From Candidatus Methylomirabilota bacterium (GTDB taxonomy: Bacteria > Methylomirabilota > Methylomirabilia > Rokubacteriales > CSP1-6): a stretch of 64,000 nt of DNA. The notes under the pieces are model-generated. The model was not told the DNA's origin and searched no databases. It was given only the letters and a program-made list of their open reading frames with translations. The stretch is taken from the NCBI GenBank assembly GCA_035764725.1, contig DASTYT010000044.1:1-64000 (forward strand). Direction: 5' to 3'. A program made the translations under genes and the position numbers. Below are positions 1 to 9,007 of the stretch, one piece after another (the stretch's first letter is position 1; each line of letters begins with the position of its first letter).

Positions 1-701
1 ACACTGCCGCGAAGCCGAACATCCGGCGCCTGCGCAAAGCGGTGGACCAGCACCCCGAGCTCTGGACCTTTGCCCGGGACGCCGCCGTCGTCGATCTCGT
101 TGCCGACCTGCTCGGGCCCGATCTCCGCTTCCACAGCTCCAAGCTCAACTTCAAGTGGTCGGCCGGTGGCGACGCCGTGCGCTGGCACCAGGACATCCAG
201 GGGTGGCCGCACACCCACTGCGGCGTGCTGACCTTCGGTGTCTACCTCGAGGACACCGGGCCCGCGCAGGGACCGCTCACCCTGCTGCCCGGTACGCAGC
301 GCGGCCCCCTCTTCGACCAGTTCGACGAGCGCGGGGTCTGGACGGGCGCCCTCAGCCCGGGCGACGTCGCGGGCCTGCCGGTGGACCGCGCGGTCGAGGC
401 GTGCGGGCCGGCGGGCACGGTGGTGCTGATCGACTGCCGCGTGGTGCACGGCTCGGCCGCCAATCACTCGCCGCGCATGCGGCCGCTGCTCCTCAACGTC
501 TACGCCGCCGCCGACGCGCTGCCCCTCACGCCTGCGCCCGCGCCGACCACGCATACCGGCGAGCTCGTGCGGGGCGAGGAGCCGGCCTACGTGCACATGG
601 AGCCCTATCCCGCGAAGCTTCCGCCGCGCTGGGACCGCGTGGGCTATCGCTCGATCTTCGCCGCGCAGAGTGCAGCCGCGCGCGCGGCCTACGCCGACTA
701 A
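1..701 (+). CDS. Phytanoyl-CoA dioxygenase (PhyH) family protein, 5'-partial
   Basis: ORF 42..701 has the PhyH-like 2-His-1-carboxylate region (WHQD...H...VVHGS). The frame is open back to base 1, so the N-terminus probably lies upstream of the window. Confidence 0.55.
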   Translation, partial: TAAKPNIRRLRKAVDQHPELWTFARDAAVVDLVADLLGPDLRFHSSKLNFKWSAGGDAVRWHQDIQGWPHTHCGVLTFGVYLEDTGPAQGPLTLLPGTQRGPLFDQFDERGVWTGALSPGDVAGLPVDRAVEACGPAGTVVLIDCRVVHGSAANHSPRMRPLLLNVYAAADALPLTPAPAPTTHTGELVRGEEPAYVHMEPYPAKLPPRWDRVGYRSIFAAQSAAARAAYAD

Positions 702-724
702 CCGAGCCGCGAGGGAGACCGCGC

Positions 725-1390
725 GTGAGGAACCTCGTCGAAGGCATCCACCGATTCCAGGCCGGCGTGTTCGGCCCTCAGCGCGACCTCTTCCGGCGGC
801 TGGTGGATAAGCAGGCGCCGGACTCCCTGTTCATCACCTGCTCGGACTCGCGCATCGTGCCGAATCTCATCACGCAGACCCAGCCGGGCGAGCTCTTCAT
901 CCTGCGCAATGCCGGCAACATCATCCCGCCCTGGGGCGTGCCGTCTGGAGAGTCGGCCGCCATCGAGTACGGGGTGGAGGCCCTCGGCATCTCCGACATC
1001 ATCGTCTGCGGCCATACCCATTGCGGCGCGATGAAGGCGGTGATTGATCCCTCCGAGGTGAAAGACATGCCCGCCGTCGCCACCTGGCTTACTCACTGTG
1101 ACGGCACGCGTCGCATCCTTCGCGCCGCCTATCCGGACGTCATCGGCGACGAGCTGGTCGAGACGGCGGTGGAGGAGAACGTGCTGGTGCAGATCGAGCA
1201 TCTCCGCACGCACCCGAGCGTGATGGCGGCGCTCGCGTGTGGCCGGCTCACGCTGCACGCGTGGATCTACGACATCGCCGAGGGCAGCGTGCACGCCTTC
1301 GATCCCGACCGCGGTCAGTACGTGCCGATCGCGGAGGCGGGGCAGGGCGCCAAGCACGAGCCCGTGCTCGGACGCCGCCGCCAAATCTAA
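725..1390 (+). CDS. Beta-class carbonic anhydrase
   Basis: CSDSR...HTHCG motifs of beta-CA. GTG start at 725 is preceded by GAGGGAG. The annotated 155..1390 ORF is mostly spurious N-terminal extension. Confidence 0.8.
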   Translation: MRNLVEGIHRFQAGVFGPQRDLFRRLVDKQAPDSLFITCSDSRIVPNLITQTQPGELFILRNAGNIIPPWGVPSGESAAIEYGVEALGISDIIVCGHTHCGAMKAVIDPSEVKDMPAVATWLTHCDGTRRILRAAYPDVIGDELVETAVEENVLVQIEHLRTHPSVMAALACGRLTLHAWIYDIAEGSVHAFDPDRGQYVPIAEAGQGAKHEPVLGRRRQI

Positions 1391-1415
1391 CGAGAGACCT
1401 CAGCGAGGAGAGAGC

Positions 1416-1853
1416 ATGCCGGACTACATCCCGAGCCCCCGACAGTGGGTGCGCGAACAGGTCGAGCTCTACGAAGGAAGCGGCGGCACCGCCGGCACCA
1501 CCCTCCGCGACACCGGGCTGCCGGTCATCATCGTGACGCACACCGGGAACAAGACGGGCGCGATCCGCAAGACGCCGCTCATGCGCGTCAAGGACGGCGC
1601 CAACTACATCCTCGTCGGCTCGGTGGGCGGCGCCCCTAACAATCCGGTGTGGGTCTACAACCTGCGCGCCAACCCCGTCGTGGAGATCCGTGACCTCACG
1701 GTGGTCCAGCCGATGCGCGTCCGCGAGGCGCACGACGACGCGGAGCGGGCGCGGCTCTGGGACCTCGCCGTCGCCGCCTTTCCGCCCTACGCGGACTATC
1801 AGGCGCGCACCGCCCGCAAGATTCCCCTGTTCGTGGCGTCGCCGGCGCGCTGA
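1416..1853 (+). CDS. Deazaflavin (F420)-dependent nitroreductase family protein (DUF385/Ddn-like)
   Basis: ~145 aa with 'VIIVTHTGNKTGAIRKTPLM...GSVGGAP.NPVWVYNLRANP' typical of F420H2-dependent reductases. ATG at 1416 has a GAGGAG RBS. Confidence 0.75.
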   Translation: MPDYIPSPRQWVREQVELYEGSGGTAGTTLRDTGLPVIIVTHTGNKTGAIRKTPLMRVKDGANYILVGSVGGAPNNPVWVYNLRANPVVEIRDLTVVQPMRVREAHDDAERARLWDLAVAAFPPYADYQARTARKIPLFVASPAR

Positions 1854-1890
1854 GCGCCGCCGACGCACGTCCGGGCTTCGGGCCGCCGCG

Positions 1891-2268
1891 CTACTTCTGG
1901 ACTTCCAGCTTGACCTTGGCCTGCCTGCCTTTGAAGCCGAGCTCTTCGGCCGCGCGCGGGGTGAGGTCGATCACCGCCTTGCTCGAGGCGCCCATGCGGT
2001 CGTTGACGGTGACCACCACGCTCTTGTTGTTCTCGACGTTGGTCACCTTGACCTTGGTGCCCATCGGGAGCTTCTTGTGCGCCGCCGTCAGCTTGGCCTT
2101 GTCGTACATCTCGCCGCTGGCCGTCTTCTTGCCCTCGAATTTGTCGCTGTAGTGGTGGGCGATGCCTTCCTCGGTCTGGGCGACGGCTACTTCCAGTCCC
2201 GACACCATCGCCAGCGTCACCAGAATCGCCACGATCCCGCGGGCCTTCGTCCTGAGCAGCGTGTTCAT
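1891..2268 (-). CDS. RlpA-like double-psi beta-barrel (DPBB) secreted protein
   Basis: N-terminal signal peptide. 'HHYSDKFEGKKTASGEMYD' matches the RlpA/DPBB core. Confidence 0.7.
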   Translation of the reverse strand: MNTLLRTKARGIVAILVTLAMVSGLEVAVAQTEEGIAHHYSDKFEGKKTASGEMYDKAKLTAAHKKLPMGTKVKVTNVENNKSVVVTVNDRMGASSKAVIDLTPRAAEELGFKGRQAKVKLEVQK

Positions 2269-2294
2269 GGAGGGGTCCTTTCGAAGTTGAGAGC

Positions 2295-3056
2295 TCAGCG
2301 TCTCGTGGCGGCGGGCTCATGCGTCTTGAGGAACGTCCGCACGTGCTCGACGACTTTTCGGATCGTGTCCTTGGATTCCTTCCACGGATAGATGGACGCC
2401 TCGGCGTTGGGCGCGAGGCTCACGACCTCCATCGCGACCGCGTAGGGATGCGCCGGGATGTCGTCCGGCAGCACCAGGATCGGGGTGCGGCAGCTGCGCA
2501 CGAAATCGCGCGTCACCGTGAAGACGAAGTCGGCGGGCGAGCGGTACATCTTGGTCAGGAAGCGCTCGACCATCGGCATGGTGACGTCGGGGCGCTTGGC
2601 GCAGAGCGCCGGGCCCCAGTTCGTGGTGTTGTTGTTCCAGAAGAGGTCGGGCTCCTCCGGCCGATGGCCGCTCGGCTGGCTCATCACCGCGGCCACCACG
2701 CGGTCGGGCGCGCGCTGGAGCAGCTTCCAGATGAACGGGCCGCCGATGCAGTTGCCGAGCACGAGGAACTTCCCGATGCCCAGGTGATCAATGAGGCCCA
2801 GTTGATCGTCGGCGTACGCGTCCCACGGCCGATCGACCTCGAGGGGGCCGGTCGACTGCCCGGTGAGGGCATTGCGCAGGTCCATGGAGATGCAGCGGAA
2901 GTCGTCCTTGAACTCCTCCATCGCGTTGAAGGCGGCTCCGCTCGCCCACCAGCTGATGGCGGAATTGAGCCCGCCGCCCGGGATCAGCAGCAGCGGAAAT
3001 CCGGAGCCGACCTCTTCATAGTGGATGCGTACGGCGCCGCGATCGTAGAACGGCAT
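2295..3056 (-). CDS. Alpha/beta hydrolase
   Basis: GNCIGG nucleophile-elbow variant and overall alpha/beta-hydrolase layout. Confidence 0.7.
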   Translation of the reverse strand: MPFYDRGAVRIHYEEVGSGFPLLLIPGGGLNSAISWWASGAAFNAMEEFKDDFRCISMDLRNALTGQSTGPLEVDRPWDAYADDQLGLIDHLGIGKFLVLGNCIGGPFIWKLLQRAPDRVVAAVMSQPSGHRPEEPDLFWNNNTTNWGPALCAKRPDVTMPMVERFLTKMYRSPADFVFTVTRDFVRSCRTPILVLPDDIPAHPYAVAMEVVSLAPNAEASIYPWKESKDTIRKVVEHVRTFLKTHEPAATRR

Positions 3057-3186
3057 AGGGCCCTCCTTCTGAGTGAGTGGCCGCTACTCTGCCGCGAAGC
3101 GCGCCGCTCCGCAAGCCTCGCAACATTGGAGTATCGTTCGGGAAGGCGCCGGACCCCGGGGGGAACGTCTCAGGCGGGAGGGCCAT

Positions 3187-3525
3187 ATGATCACCGCAAC
3201 CGTCCGCTATAAGCTGCCGCCGCACATCGACTACGCGGCCTGCCGGGCGCACTTCCACACGATCGCGCCGGGCTTCCGGGGCGTGAAGGGCCTGATCAGC
3301 AAGCACTTCATCTGGAGCGCGAGCGGATGGGCCGGCGGCGTCTATCAGTGGGAGACGCTCGAGGAGGCCAGGGCGTTCTATGAGAGCTCGTGGCTCGACG
3401 GCATCGTCGAGCGCTACGGCATGCGACCGGAGATCGAGTTCTACGAAGTGTTCGCGCTCACCGACAACGTGCGCGGCACCGTCGAGATGTTCGCGGAACC
3501 CGTGCTCCGGCCCGCGACAGCGTAG
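3187..3525 (+). CDS. YdhR-like / ABM-fold putative monooxygenase
   Basis: 112 aa. ATG at 3187 lies inside the longer 3073..3525 ORF. Similar in length and C-terminus to the YdhR family. Confidence 0.5.
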   Translation: MITATVRYKLPPHIDYAACRAHFHTIAPGFRGVKGLISKHFIWSASGWAGGVYQWETLEEARAFYESSWLDGIVERYGMRPEIEFYEVFALTDNVRGTVEMFAEPVLRPATA

Positions 3526-3549
3526 CGGCGAAGCGGAGCGCGGCCTCGA

Positions 3550-3960
3550 TCAGCGGGGCGGCGCGACTCGCGTGGGCGCCTGAAAGATCGGGACGCAGTC
3601 CGACGTGCAGGACGAGGCGGGATCGCGCGGCGCGCCGGGACGGTGGAAGACGGCGCGGGTGGGCGTGACCACGACGCAGTGGTCGTCCCCGCGCGTCTCG
3701 ACCGTGGCGGGGCCGTCGACGAAGAGCGTGTAGTCTGCGGCGGCGCTCACCGGGAAGAGGAGCGAGACGTTCGGCCGCGCGACGGCGTTGGCGGCGGTGG
3801 TTGCGCCCACGCCGGATACGGCGAGCCGGCCGTTCTCCCACGCCGCGTGCAGGTAAACGGCGTGTGGACGGGCGTCGCCGGAGACGGTGATCAGGTAGAC
3901 CCCGGAGCCTCGTTCCTCGATCGCCTCACGCAGCCGGTTCAGCGCCAGCTCGATGTTCAT
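3550..3960 (-). CDS. Pyridoxamine 5'-phosphate oxidase family protein (PPOX class, probably F420-dependent)
   Basis: 136 aa split-barrel-like sequence of the PPOX/F420 class. Confidence 0.55.
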   Translation of the reverse strand: MNIELALNRLREAIEERGSGVYLITVSGDARPHAVYLHAAWENGRLAVSGVGATTAANAVARPNVSLLFPVSAAADYTLFVDGPATVETRGDDHCVVVTPTRAVFHRPGAPRDPASSCTSDCVPIFQAPTRVAPPR

Positions 3961-4048
3961 CGCTTTCCCTCCGACAGGTGCTCGACCAGCGAATGGAATT
4001 ATAACCCGCTGGAGATTGACTGGGTCGCCCGGTACTCTCCTTCAGGCC

Positions 4049-4819
4049 ATGGTGTCCAGGATCAAGGCGCTCTTGCCGGCTGCCGTCGAGCCTCTGGCCA
4101 TCCGTGCCTGGTATCTCTTTCGGCCGATCGTCCGAGTGGCGTTCTTCGGCCGCGCCAGATACTGCCCCGTGTGCGAGAGTCGCTGCCGGCGATTCCTCAC
4201 CCACGGCCCGCCCTCACGCAGAGTTCAGGACGTCGTCTGTCCGATCTGTTTGTCCCACCCGCGGCTTCGCCTCGGTTGGCTCTTCCTCACCACCCGGACC
4301 GACCTGCTGGATGGGCGGCCGAAGCGCCTTCTCCACGTGGCTCCCGAGCCCGCTCTCGCCCGGCTCTTGCGCAATGCCCGGGACATCGAGATCGTGTCGG
4401 CGGATCTCGACAGCCCGCACGCCCGGATCGTGCTCGACATCACCAGGATCGACATGGAGGACGCCTCGTTGGACGTCATCCTGTGTAGCCATGTGCTGGA
4501 GCACGTGCCTGACGATCGTCGCGCGATGCGCGAGCTGTGTCGGATCTTGAGACCGGAGGGCTGGGCCATGATCCAGGTGCCGATCTCGCGCAGGCCGACC
4601 TTCGAGGACCCTTCCATTACCGACCCGGCCGAGCGCGAGCGCTTGTTCTGGCAAGCGGATCACGTACGGCTCTATGGCCTGGACATCGCGGATCGATTGA
4701 CCGAGGCCGGCTTCGAGGTGGAGACCGTCTTCGGGGATCAGCTCATCCCGCCCGACCAGCTGGTGAGAACGGGGATCTACCCGAGAGACCCCGTCTTCAT
4801 GTGCCGCAAAACTCCGTGA
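4049..4819 (+). CDS. Class I SAM-dependent methyltransferase
   Basis: 'VILCSHVLEHVPDDRRAMRELCRILRPEGWAMI' is Methyltransf_11/23-like. ATG at 4049 is in frame with ORF 3953..4819. Confidence 0.7.
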   Translation: MVSRIKALLPAAVEPLAIRAWYLFRPIVRVAFFGRARYCPVCESRCRRFLTHGPPSRRVQDVVCPICLSHPRLRLGWLFLTTRTDLLDGRPKRLLHVAPEPALARLLRNARDIEIVSADLDSPHARIVLDITRIDMEDASLDVILCSHVLEHVPDDRRAMRELCRILRPEGWAMIQVPISRRPTFEDPSITDPAERERLFWQADHVRLYGLDIADRLTEAGFEVETVFGDQLIPPDQLVRTGIYPRDPVFMCRKTP

Positions 4820-4833
4820 CCCTGCGATGTTGG

Positions 4834-5280
4834 CTAGGCCGCGATCCTCCGCGGGGTGAGGGCGAGGCCGGAGCGGAATATGATCGCGACGCCGATACCG
4901 AATATCAGGTGAAAGGCGATGTGGATCGCCGCCGTCGCGGGAGCGAAACCGCCACCGACGCCGAGACCCTTCAGAGGCAGCACCACGAACCAGTAGACGA
5001 GCAGCGGGGCGACGCCGAAGATGAGTCCGCCCACCCACCATCCGAAGCGAGCCGTGAGGCGCGGCTCGATCACGGCGTAGAGCACTCCCCAGAGCCCGGC
5101 CCAGAACGCCAGCGAAAGGCTCATCGGCACGCCGAGGGGCGGCACCGGCGCGAGGCTCCAGGGCAATGTCGGCAAGAGATGCGCGGCGTAGAGCGCACTG
5201 CCGAGCGCGCCCTGGAAGATCAAGTGCGAGAGGAAGCCCGCGATGAAGCCCAGAAGGAGGTGCGTCGAGGTCGTCGCCAT
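4834..5280 (-). CDS. Hypothetical integral membrane protein (4 predicted TM helices)
   Basis: ATG at 5280 is preceded by GGAGGA. The upstream part of ORF 4834..5436 is antisense of tRNA-Ala and is not coding. Confidence 0.55.
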   Translation of the reverse strand: MATTSTHLLLGFIAGFLSHLIFQGALGSALYAAHLLPTLPWSLAPVPPLGVPMSLSLAFWAGLWGVLYAVIEPRLTARFGWWVGGLIFGVAPLLVYWFVVLPLKGLGVGGGFAPATAAIHIAFHLIFGIGVAIIFRSGLALTPRRIAA

Positions 5281-5353
5281 GGGGAAGTCCTCCGTGGGTC
5301 GCGACGAAGAACGCGGGGCTACGGGTCGACCCCGTAACCCCGCGTCGAGATTT

Positions 5354-5429
5354 TGGTGGAGCTGAGGGGGCTCGAACCCCTGACCCCAAGACTGCCAGCC
5401 TTGTGCTCTCCCAACTGAGCTACAGCCCC
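5354..5429 (-). tRNA. tRNA-Ala (anticodon GGC)
   Basis: Folded by hand into a 76-nt cloverleaf with the G3:U70 Ala identity pair, anticodon loop CUGGCAG, T-loop TTCGAGC and an encoded CCA. Confidence 0.9.
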
Positions 5430-5521
5430 ACCGCACCGGTCAGGATACTGACCGCGCCCGGTTCTGTCAAGGATGGCAAATACTTGCGGGCGCGTCCGGT
5501 GCGGCGGGGGCCGTAGGTTTT

Positions 5522-5763
5522 CTACCGGTTGGGGCGGTCCTGGCGGTCGTGCTTCTGGTGGTAGATACGGCGGCTCTCGACGTTCTGGGCGCGCTCGATG
5601 CGCTTGAATTCGCCCCGGCTGATCGTGCCGTCCGCGAGGGCGCGGTTCTCCATCCGGTTCACGTGATTCTGGCCGCGCTCGAGGCGTGCGGCCTCGCGCC
5701 GAGTCAGCGGCTCAGCGCGGCGCCGGCAGCGGCCAGCGTCAATGACAGCGTGGGCGTCTTCAT
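5522..5763 (-). pseudogene. Small secreted protein gene with apparent 1-nt frameshift
   Basis: Strong RBS (AAGGAGAG) plus ATG at 5763 encodes signal peptide MKTPTLSLTLAAAGAALS, then hits TGA. The -1 frame continues as a 60-aa charged helical protein (…RLERGQNHVNRMENRALADGTISRGEFKRIERAQN…) to the stop at 5522. Confidence 0.35.
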
Positions 5764-5899
5764 GTCCGCTCTCCTTGTCTCGTCGTGTGAGTGGCTGGTG
5801 AGTGTCGCGATTTCGGCGCCGTTCACCAGATAGGACGAGAGGTGCGGAGCGGGCGTTTACGGGGGCTGCAAAGGGTGGTCTTGCCAAGCTGCTGAATTT

Positions 5900-5985
5900 T
5901 GGTGCCGGAGGCGGGATTTGAACCCGCACGCCCTGGCGGGCACGGCGTTTTGAGCGCCGCGAGTCTGCCGTTTCTCCACTCCGGC
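5900..5985 (-). tRNA. tRNA-Leu (anticodon CAA), type II with long variable arm
   Basis: 86 nt. Acceptor GCCGGAG/CTCCGGC, 3-bp D-stem, anticodon loop CUCAAAA, 15-nt variable arm, T-loop TTCAAAT, CCA encoded. Confidence 0.9.
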
Positions 5986-6760
5986 CCTGGGTCGACATAC
6001 TACCATCGGTCGTCCACGACGACGGCCAACGGCGCGCTCGCGCGGTATCAGGTAGGGCGCGGCGATGTGTCGCTTTCGGCTGAGGCAGGGTAGATTTTCG
6101 GACGGGTAGAGCCACCTCAGAAGCGCTACGGATTCGGCCTTCGCAAATCTCAAACGCCAGAGATCGTGGCGTCCGCCTCACGCCGCACGGTGACATGCCC
6201 TCTGAGACCCCGAAGCTCCCATACACGCGCGCGTAGCCACTCCACAAAAGGGCCACTGGCCGAGACCAGAGAGACGTACAGGCGCTCGTAGACGTAGGCT
6301 GGATTCTTGGCGGTGTTTGAGCGATCGACGTACGACACGATGGAGCCGTCTCCGTCGATACAGCCTCGGAGAAAGTGATGAAACTCCTCCTCCGGCACCG
6401 CAAGAGGGCCCAGTGTGAGACTTTTGGCCGGCGATAGGCCGATTCCGCGCAGCCAATCGGAGAGGACGCGGTCACTCCACTGAAGTCGAGGGACGTAGCC
6501 GTTTCGGGTCGAGGATCGGCCAAGGCGATTGCTGAGATGGAGGCATTCCCGCGCGGTCTCCAGGATCTCGAGATCCGCTGAGACTAGCGTCAGGTGCCGG
6601 CGGTCACGAGAAAGGTTGCCGTCGGTCGCGATCAGGCCGACGACATAGGCTAATTCCGGAGTCCATGTTATTGGCCCACTACGCCGTCGCATCGGCCCGG
6701 CGTGGCCGACAGCGGCACGGAAGTGAATGTCCACTTTTCGAGACATTCACCCGCTTCCGA
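5986..6760 (-). mobile_element. Low-GC islet carrying a homing-endonuclease gene next to tRNA-Leu
   Basis: GC drops to roughly 58-60% against ~72% in the flanks. Its only gene is a LAGLIDADG endonuclease. It abuts the 5' side of tRNA-Leu. Confidence 0.4.
6150..6746 (-). CDS. LAGLIDADG-family homing endonuclease (double-motif, free-standing)
   Basis: Two dodecapeptide motifs, 'LAYVVGLIATDGNLS' and 'FLRGCIDGDGSIV', about 100 aa apart. ATG at 6746, with an alternative Met 18 codons in. Confidence 0.75.
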   Translation of the reverse strand: MSRKVDIHFRAAVGHAGPMRRRSGPITWTPELAYVVGLIATDGNLSRDRRHLTLVSADLEILETARECLHLSNRLGRSSTRNGYVPRLQWSDRVLSDWLRGIGLSPAKSLTLGPLAVPEEEFHHFLRGCIDGDGSIVSYVDRSNTAKNPAYVYERLYVSLVSASGPFVEWLRARVWELRGLRGHVTVRREADATISGV

Positions 6761-6771
6761 CTCCGGAATCG

Positions 6772-7596
6772 CTACTTCGGCTCGATCGGCATCCGCGCGA
6801 TCCCGAGCCAGGCGATGGGCACGCCCGCCTTCTCCGCTGCCTGCGCCGGCGGCAGCTTCGTGTCCCAGTCCACGGCAACGAAGCGCCGTGCGTTCACGCG
6901 GTCGGCCTCGCGTGACACCAGCCAGAGCAGCGGGGGCACCATGATCTCGGGCTGGAGCATCTTGCTCCGGTCGCCCGCGTCGTTGCCCACGAGAGGCGTG
7001 TTGGTCACTCCGCCGGGCACGAGCACGTTGGAGGTGACGCCGGTGCCCTCGAGGTCCGCGGCGAGCACCGCCATCGCGGACTCGGCGGCGGCCTTGCTCG
7101 AGCCGTAGAGGAGATAGCCCGCCCGCACCATGGTGCCGAGGCTGGTGGTCACGGTGATCACTCGCCCCCAGCCGGCGCGGATCAGGTGGGGGACCACCGC
7201 GCGCGCCATCATGATCGGCGCCGTCGCGTTCACGGCGAGGAAGCGGCTCCACTGCTCGGGCGGCACCTCCCACAGGCGGATGGGATTCCGGCGCTGATCG
7301 GCCCGCACCGAGTCCTGGCCGACCCCGGCATTGTTCACCAGCACGTCGATGCGGCCGAACTCCTTGAGGGCGGCGCTCACGACCCCCTCGAAGGCATCGG
7401 GTTTCGAGAGGTCCGCCGCGTGTTGGAGCACGGCGCCGACGCGCCCGACACCGGCCGGCTTGAGCGTGGCAAGATGGGTGGCGTCGCGATCCACGGCCAC
7501 GACGTGCATGCCGCTACCCACCAGGCCCAGCGCCATCGCGCGCCCGAGGCCACTCGCCGCGCCCGTCACGATCGCCACCTTGACGTCCGAAGCCAT
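6772..7596 (-). CDS. SDR family oxidoreductase
   Basis: TGAASGLG Rossmann motif, NNAG, and Y-x3-K active-site pattern. Confidence 0.8.
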   Translation of the reverse strand: MASDVKVAIVTGAASGLGRAMALGLVGSGMHVVAVDRDATHLATLKPAGVGRVGAVLQHAADLSKPDAFEGVVSAALKEFGRIDVLVNNAGVGQDSVRADQRRNPIRLWEVPPEQWSRFLAVNATAPIMMARAVVPHLIRAGWGRVITVTTSLGTMVRAGYLLYGSSKAAAESAMAVLAADLEGTGVTSNVLVPGGVTNTPLVGNDAGDRSKMLQPEIMVPPLLWLVSREADRVNARRFVAVDWDTKLPPAQAAEKAGVPIAWLGIARMPIEPK

Positions 7597-7611
7597 GGGA
7601 GACCTCCGTAA

Positions 7612-9000
7612 CTACAGCCCGAGCGCGCTCGCGGTGAGCCTGGCCAGATCGCGCCGCAGGATCTGGAGCACGCGCGCGTGGCGCCGCGAGCGGATGAGAT
7701 TACGTATCTCGTAGGGGTCGCGATCGAGGTCGTAGAGCTCGTCGAGCTCGCCCGCCTCGCCGCGGTTGACCCAGTGGATGTACTTGTAGCGGTCGGTGCG
7801 AATGGCCTTGTAGCTCATCCCGACCAGCCACGGCATGGCGTTCTCGGCCCAGTACTCCACCAGGAAGGCGCGCCGCCATTCGGCCCGCTTGCCCCTGAAG
7901 AGGGGCAGCAGCGACTGGCCCTGGATCTGCGCGCCTGGCCGGCCACCCGCGAGCTCGAGCAGCGTCGGCGCGATGTCCTGGCAGATCACGAGGTCCTCCA
8001 GGCGCAGTCCCGCCCGCACCTTGGGCGGATAGCGCATGAGAAACGGCGAGCGGATACCGTCCTCGTAGGCGAAGCGCCGCTCCGGCCCCAGGCCATGTTC
8101 GCCGAAGAAGTAGCCGTTGTCGCCCAGGAACACGATGACGGTGTCGTCGAGCTGGCCGGTGTGCTCGAGCGCGTCGAGGAGGAGTCCCACGCCTTCGTCC
8201 ACCGCGGCCATCATGCGGGCACGGAGGCGAATCTCCTCCTGCTCGCCGGCATGGAGGCGATCGAGCACCGCGCGCGCCCGGTCCGTCTTACGCAGGGCGA
8301 AAGCCTCCTTCCATGCGGGCTTGTCCTTCACGATCTTCTCCGGCGGCAGCATGTTCGGCGTCCGCGGGAACACCGCGTCCTTGTAGAGATGCTCGTGGCG
8401 TGGTGCCACGCGATAGCCCCCGGCCTGATCGATCTGAAGCGTCCCGTCATTGGCCTGCGCGGCGTCGGGGTGCACCGCCTTGTGCGCGAGGAAGAGTGAC
8501 CACGGCTTCTCACGCGGCTTGGACACGAACTCCACCGCCATCTCGTTCAGGATGTCGGTGATGTAGCCCGTGCGCTGGACGTAGGTGCCGTTCTCACAGA
8601 GCCGCGGGTCGAAGAGTCGTCCGTGCCCGTCGAAGGCCACCCAGTGGTCGTAGCCGGGGCGGGGCATGCCGTCATTGCCCATGTGCCATTTGCCCAGGTG
8701 GGCCGTCTCATAGCCCAGACGCTGCAGCGCCAGGTGATAGTTGGGCAGGCGGTGGCTGGCCGCGTCACGAGCCACGTTGTCGATGATGCCGTGGCGGCTC
8801 GCGTACTGACCGGTGAGGATCGACGCGCGATTGGGCGAGCAGATCGGCGTGGTGTGGAAGGCCCGCTCGAACAGCGCGCCCTCGTGGGCGAGGCGGTCCA
8901 CGTGCGGCGTCTCCATGTAGGGATGGCCGCCCGCGCCGAACTCGTCGTGGCGGAGATCGTCGATGAGGATGACGAGGAAGCTGGGCCGGCGCTTCCTCAT
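7612..9000 (-). CDS. Sulfatase (arylsulfatase family, Cys-type FGly motif CSPNR)
   Basis: 'LVILIDDLRHD...TPICSPNRASILTGQYASRHG' is the sulfatase signature. ATG at 9000 has an AAAGGAG RBS. The ORF upstream to 9249 is an Arg-rich artefact. Confidence 0.8.
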   Translation of the reverse strand: MRKRRPSFLVILIDDLRHDEFGAGGHPYMETPHVDRLAHEGALFERAFHTTPICSPNRASILTGQYASRHGIIDNVARDAASHRLPNYHLALQRLGYETAHLGKWHMGNDGMPRPGYDHWVAFDGHGRLFDPRLCENGTYVQRTGYITDILNEMAVEFVSKPREKPWSLFLAHKAVHPDAAQANDGTLQIDQAGGYRVAPRHEHLYKDAVFPRTPNMLPPEKIVKDKPAWKEAFALRKTDRARAVLDRLHAGEQEEIRLRARMMAAVDEGVGLLLDALEHTGQLDDTVIVFLGDNGYFFGEHGLGPERRFAYEDGIRSPFLMRYPPKVRAGLRLEDLVICQDIAPTLLELAGGRPGAQIQGQSLLPLFRGKRAEWRRAFLVEYWAENAMPWLVGMSYKAIRTDRYKYIHWVNRGEAGELDELYDLDRDPYEIRNLIRSRRHARVLQILRRDLARLTASALGL

Positions 9001-9007
9001 TCCGATC

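Noticed and set aside
155-1390. 411-aa ORF extending the carbonic anhydrase upstream with an Arg/Ala-rich N-terminus
   Set aside because: The N-terminal 190 aa are low-complexity (R/A/G/P) typical of out-of-frame GC-rich DNA and overlap the PhyH gene. The real start is GTG 725 with an RBS.
5437-5521. Hairpins (GGTCAG-GATA-CTGACC; CCGCACCGG…CCGGTGCGG) between the small ORF and tRNA-Ala
   Set aside because: Could be processing or termination structures, but there is no T-tract or other hallmark. Not enough to call a terminator or ncRNA.
5900-5985. Possibility of a group I intron in tRNA-Leu hosting the LAGLIDADG gene
   Set aside because: The tRNA-Leu(CAA) folds as an uninterrupted 86-nt type-II tRNA. 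The endonuclease ORF lies 165 nt outside it.
5522-6523. 333-aa minus-strand ORF spanning both tRNAs
   Set aside because: It runs antisense or sense straight through two tRNA genes and is Arg/Ser-rich. Only its last ~60 codons, the small secreted-protein body, look coding.
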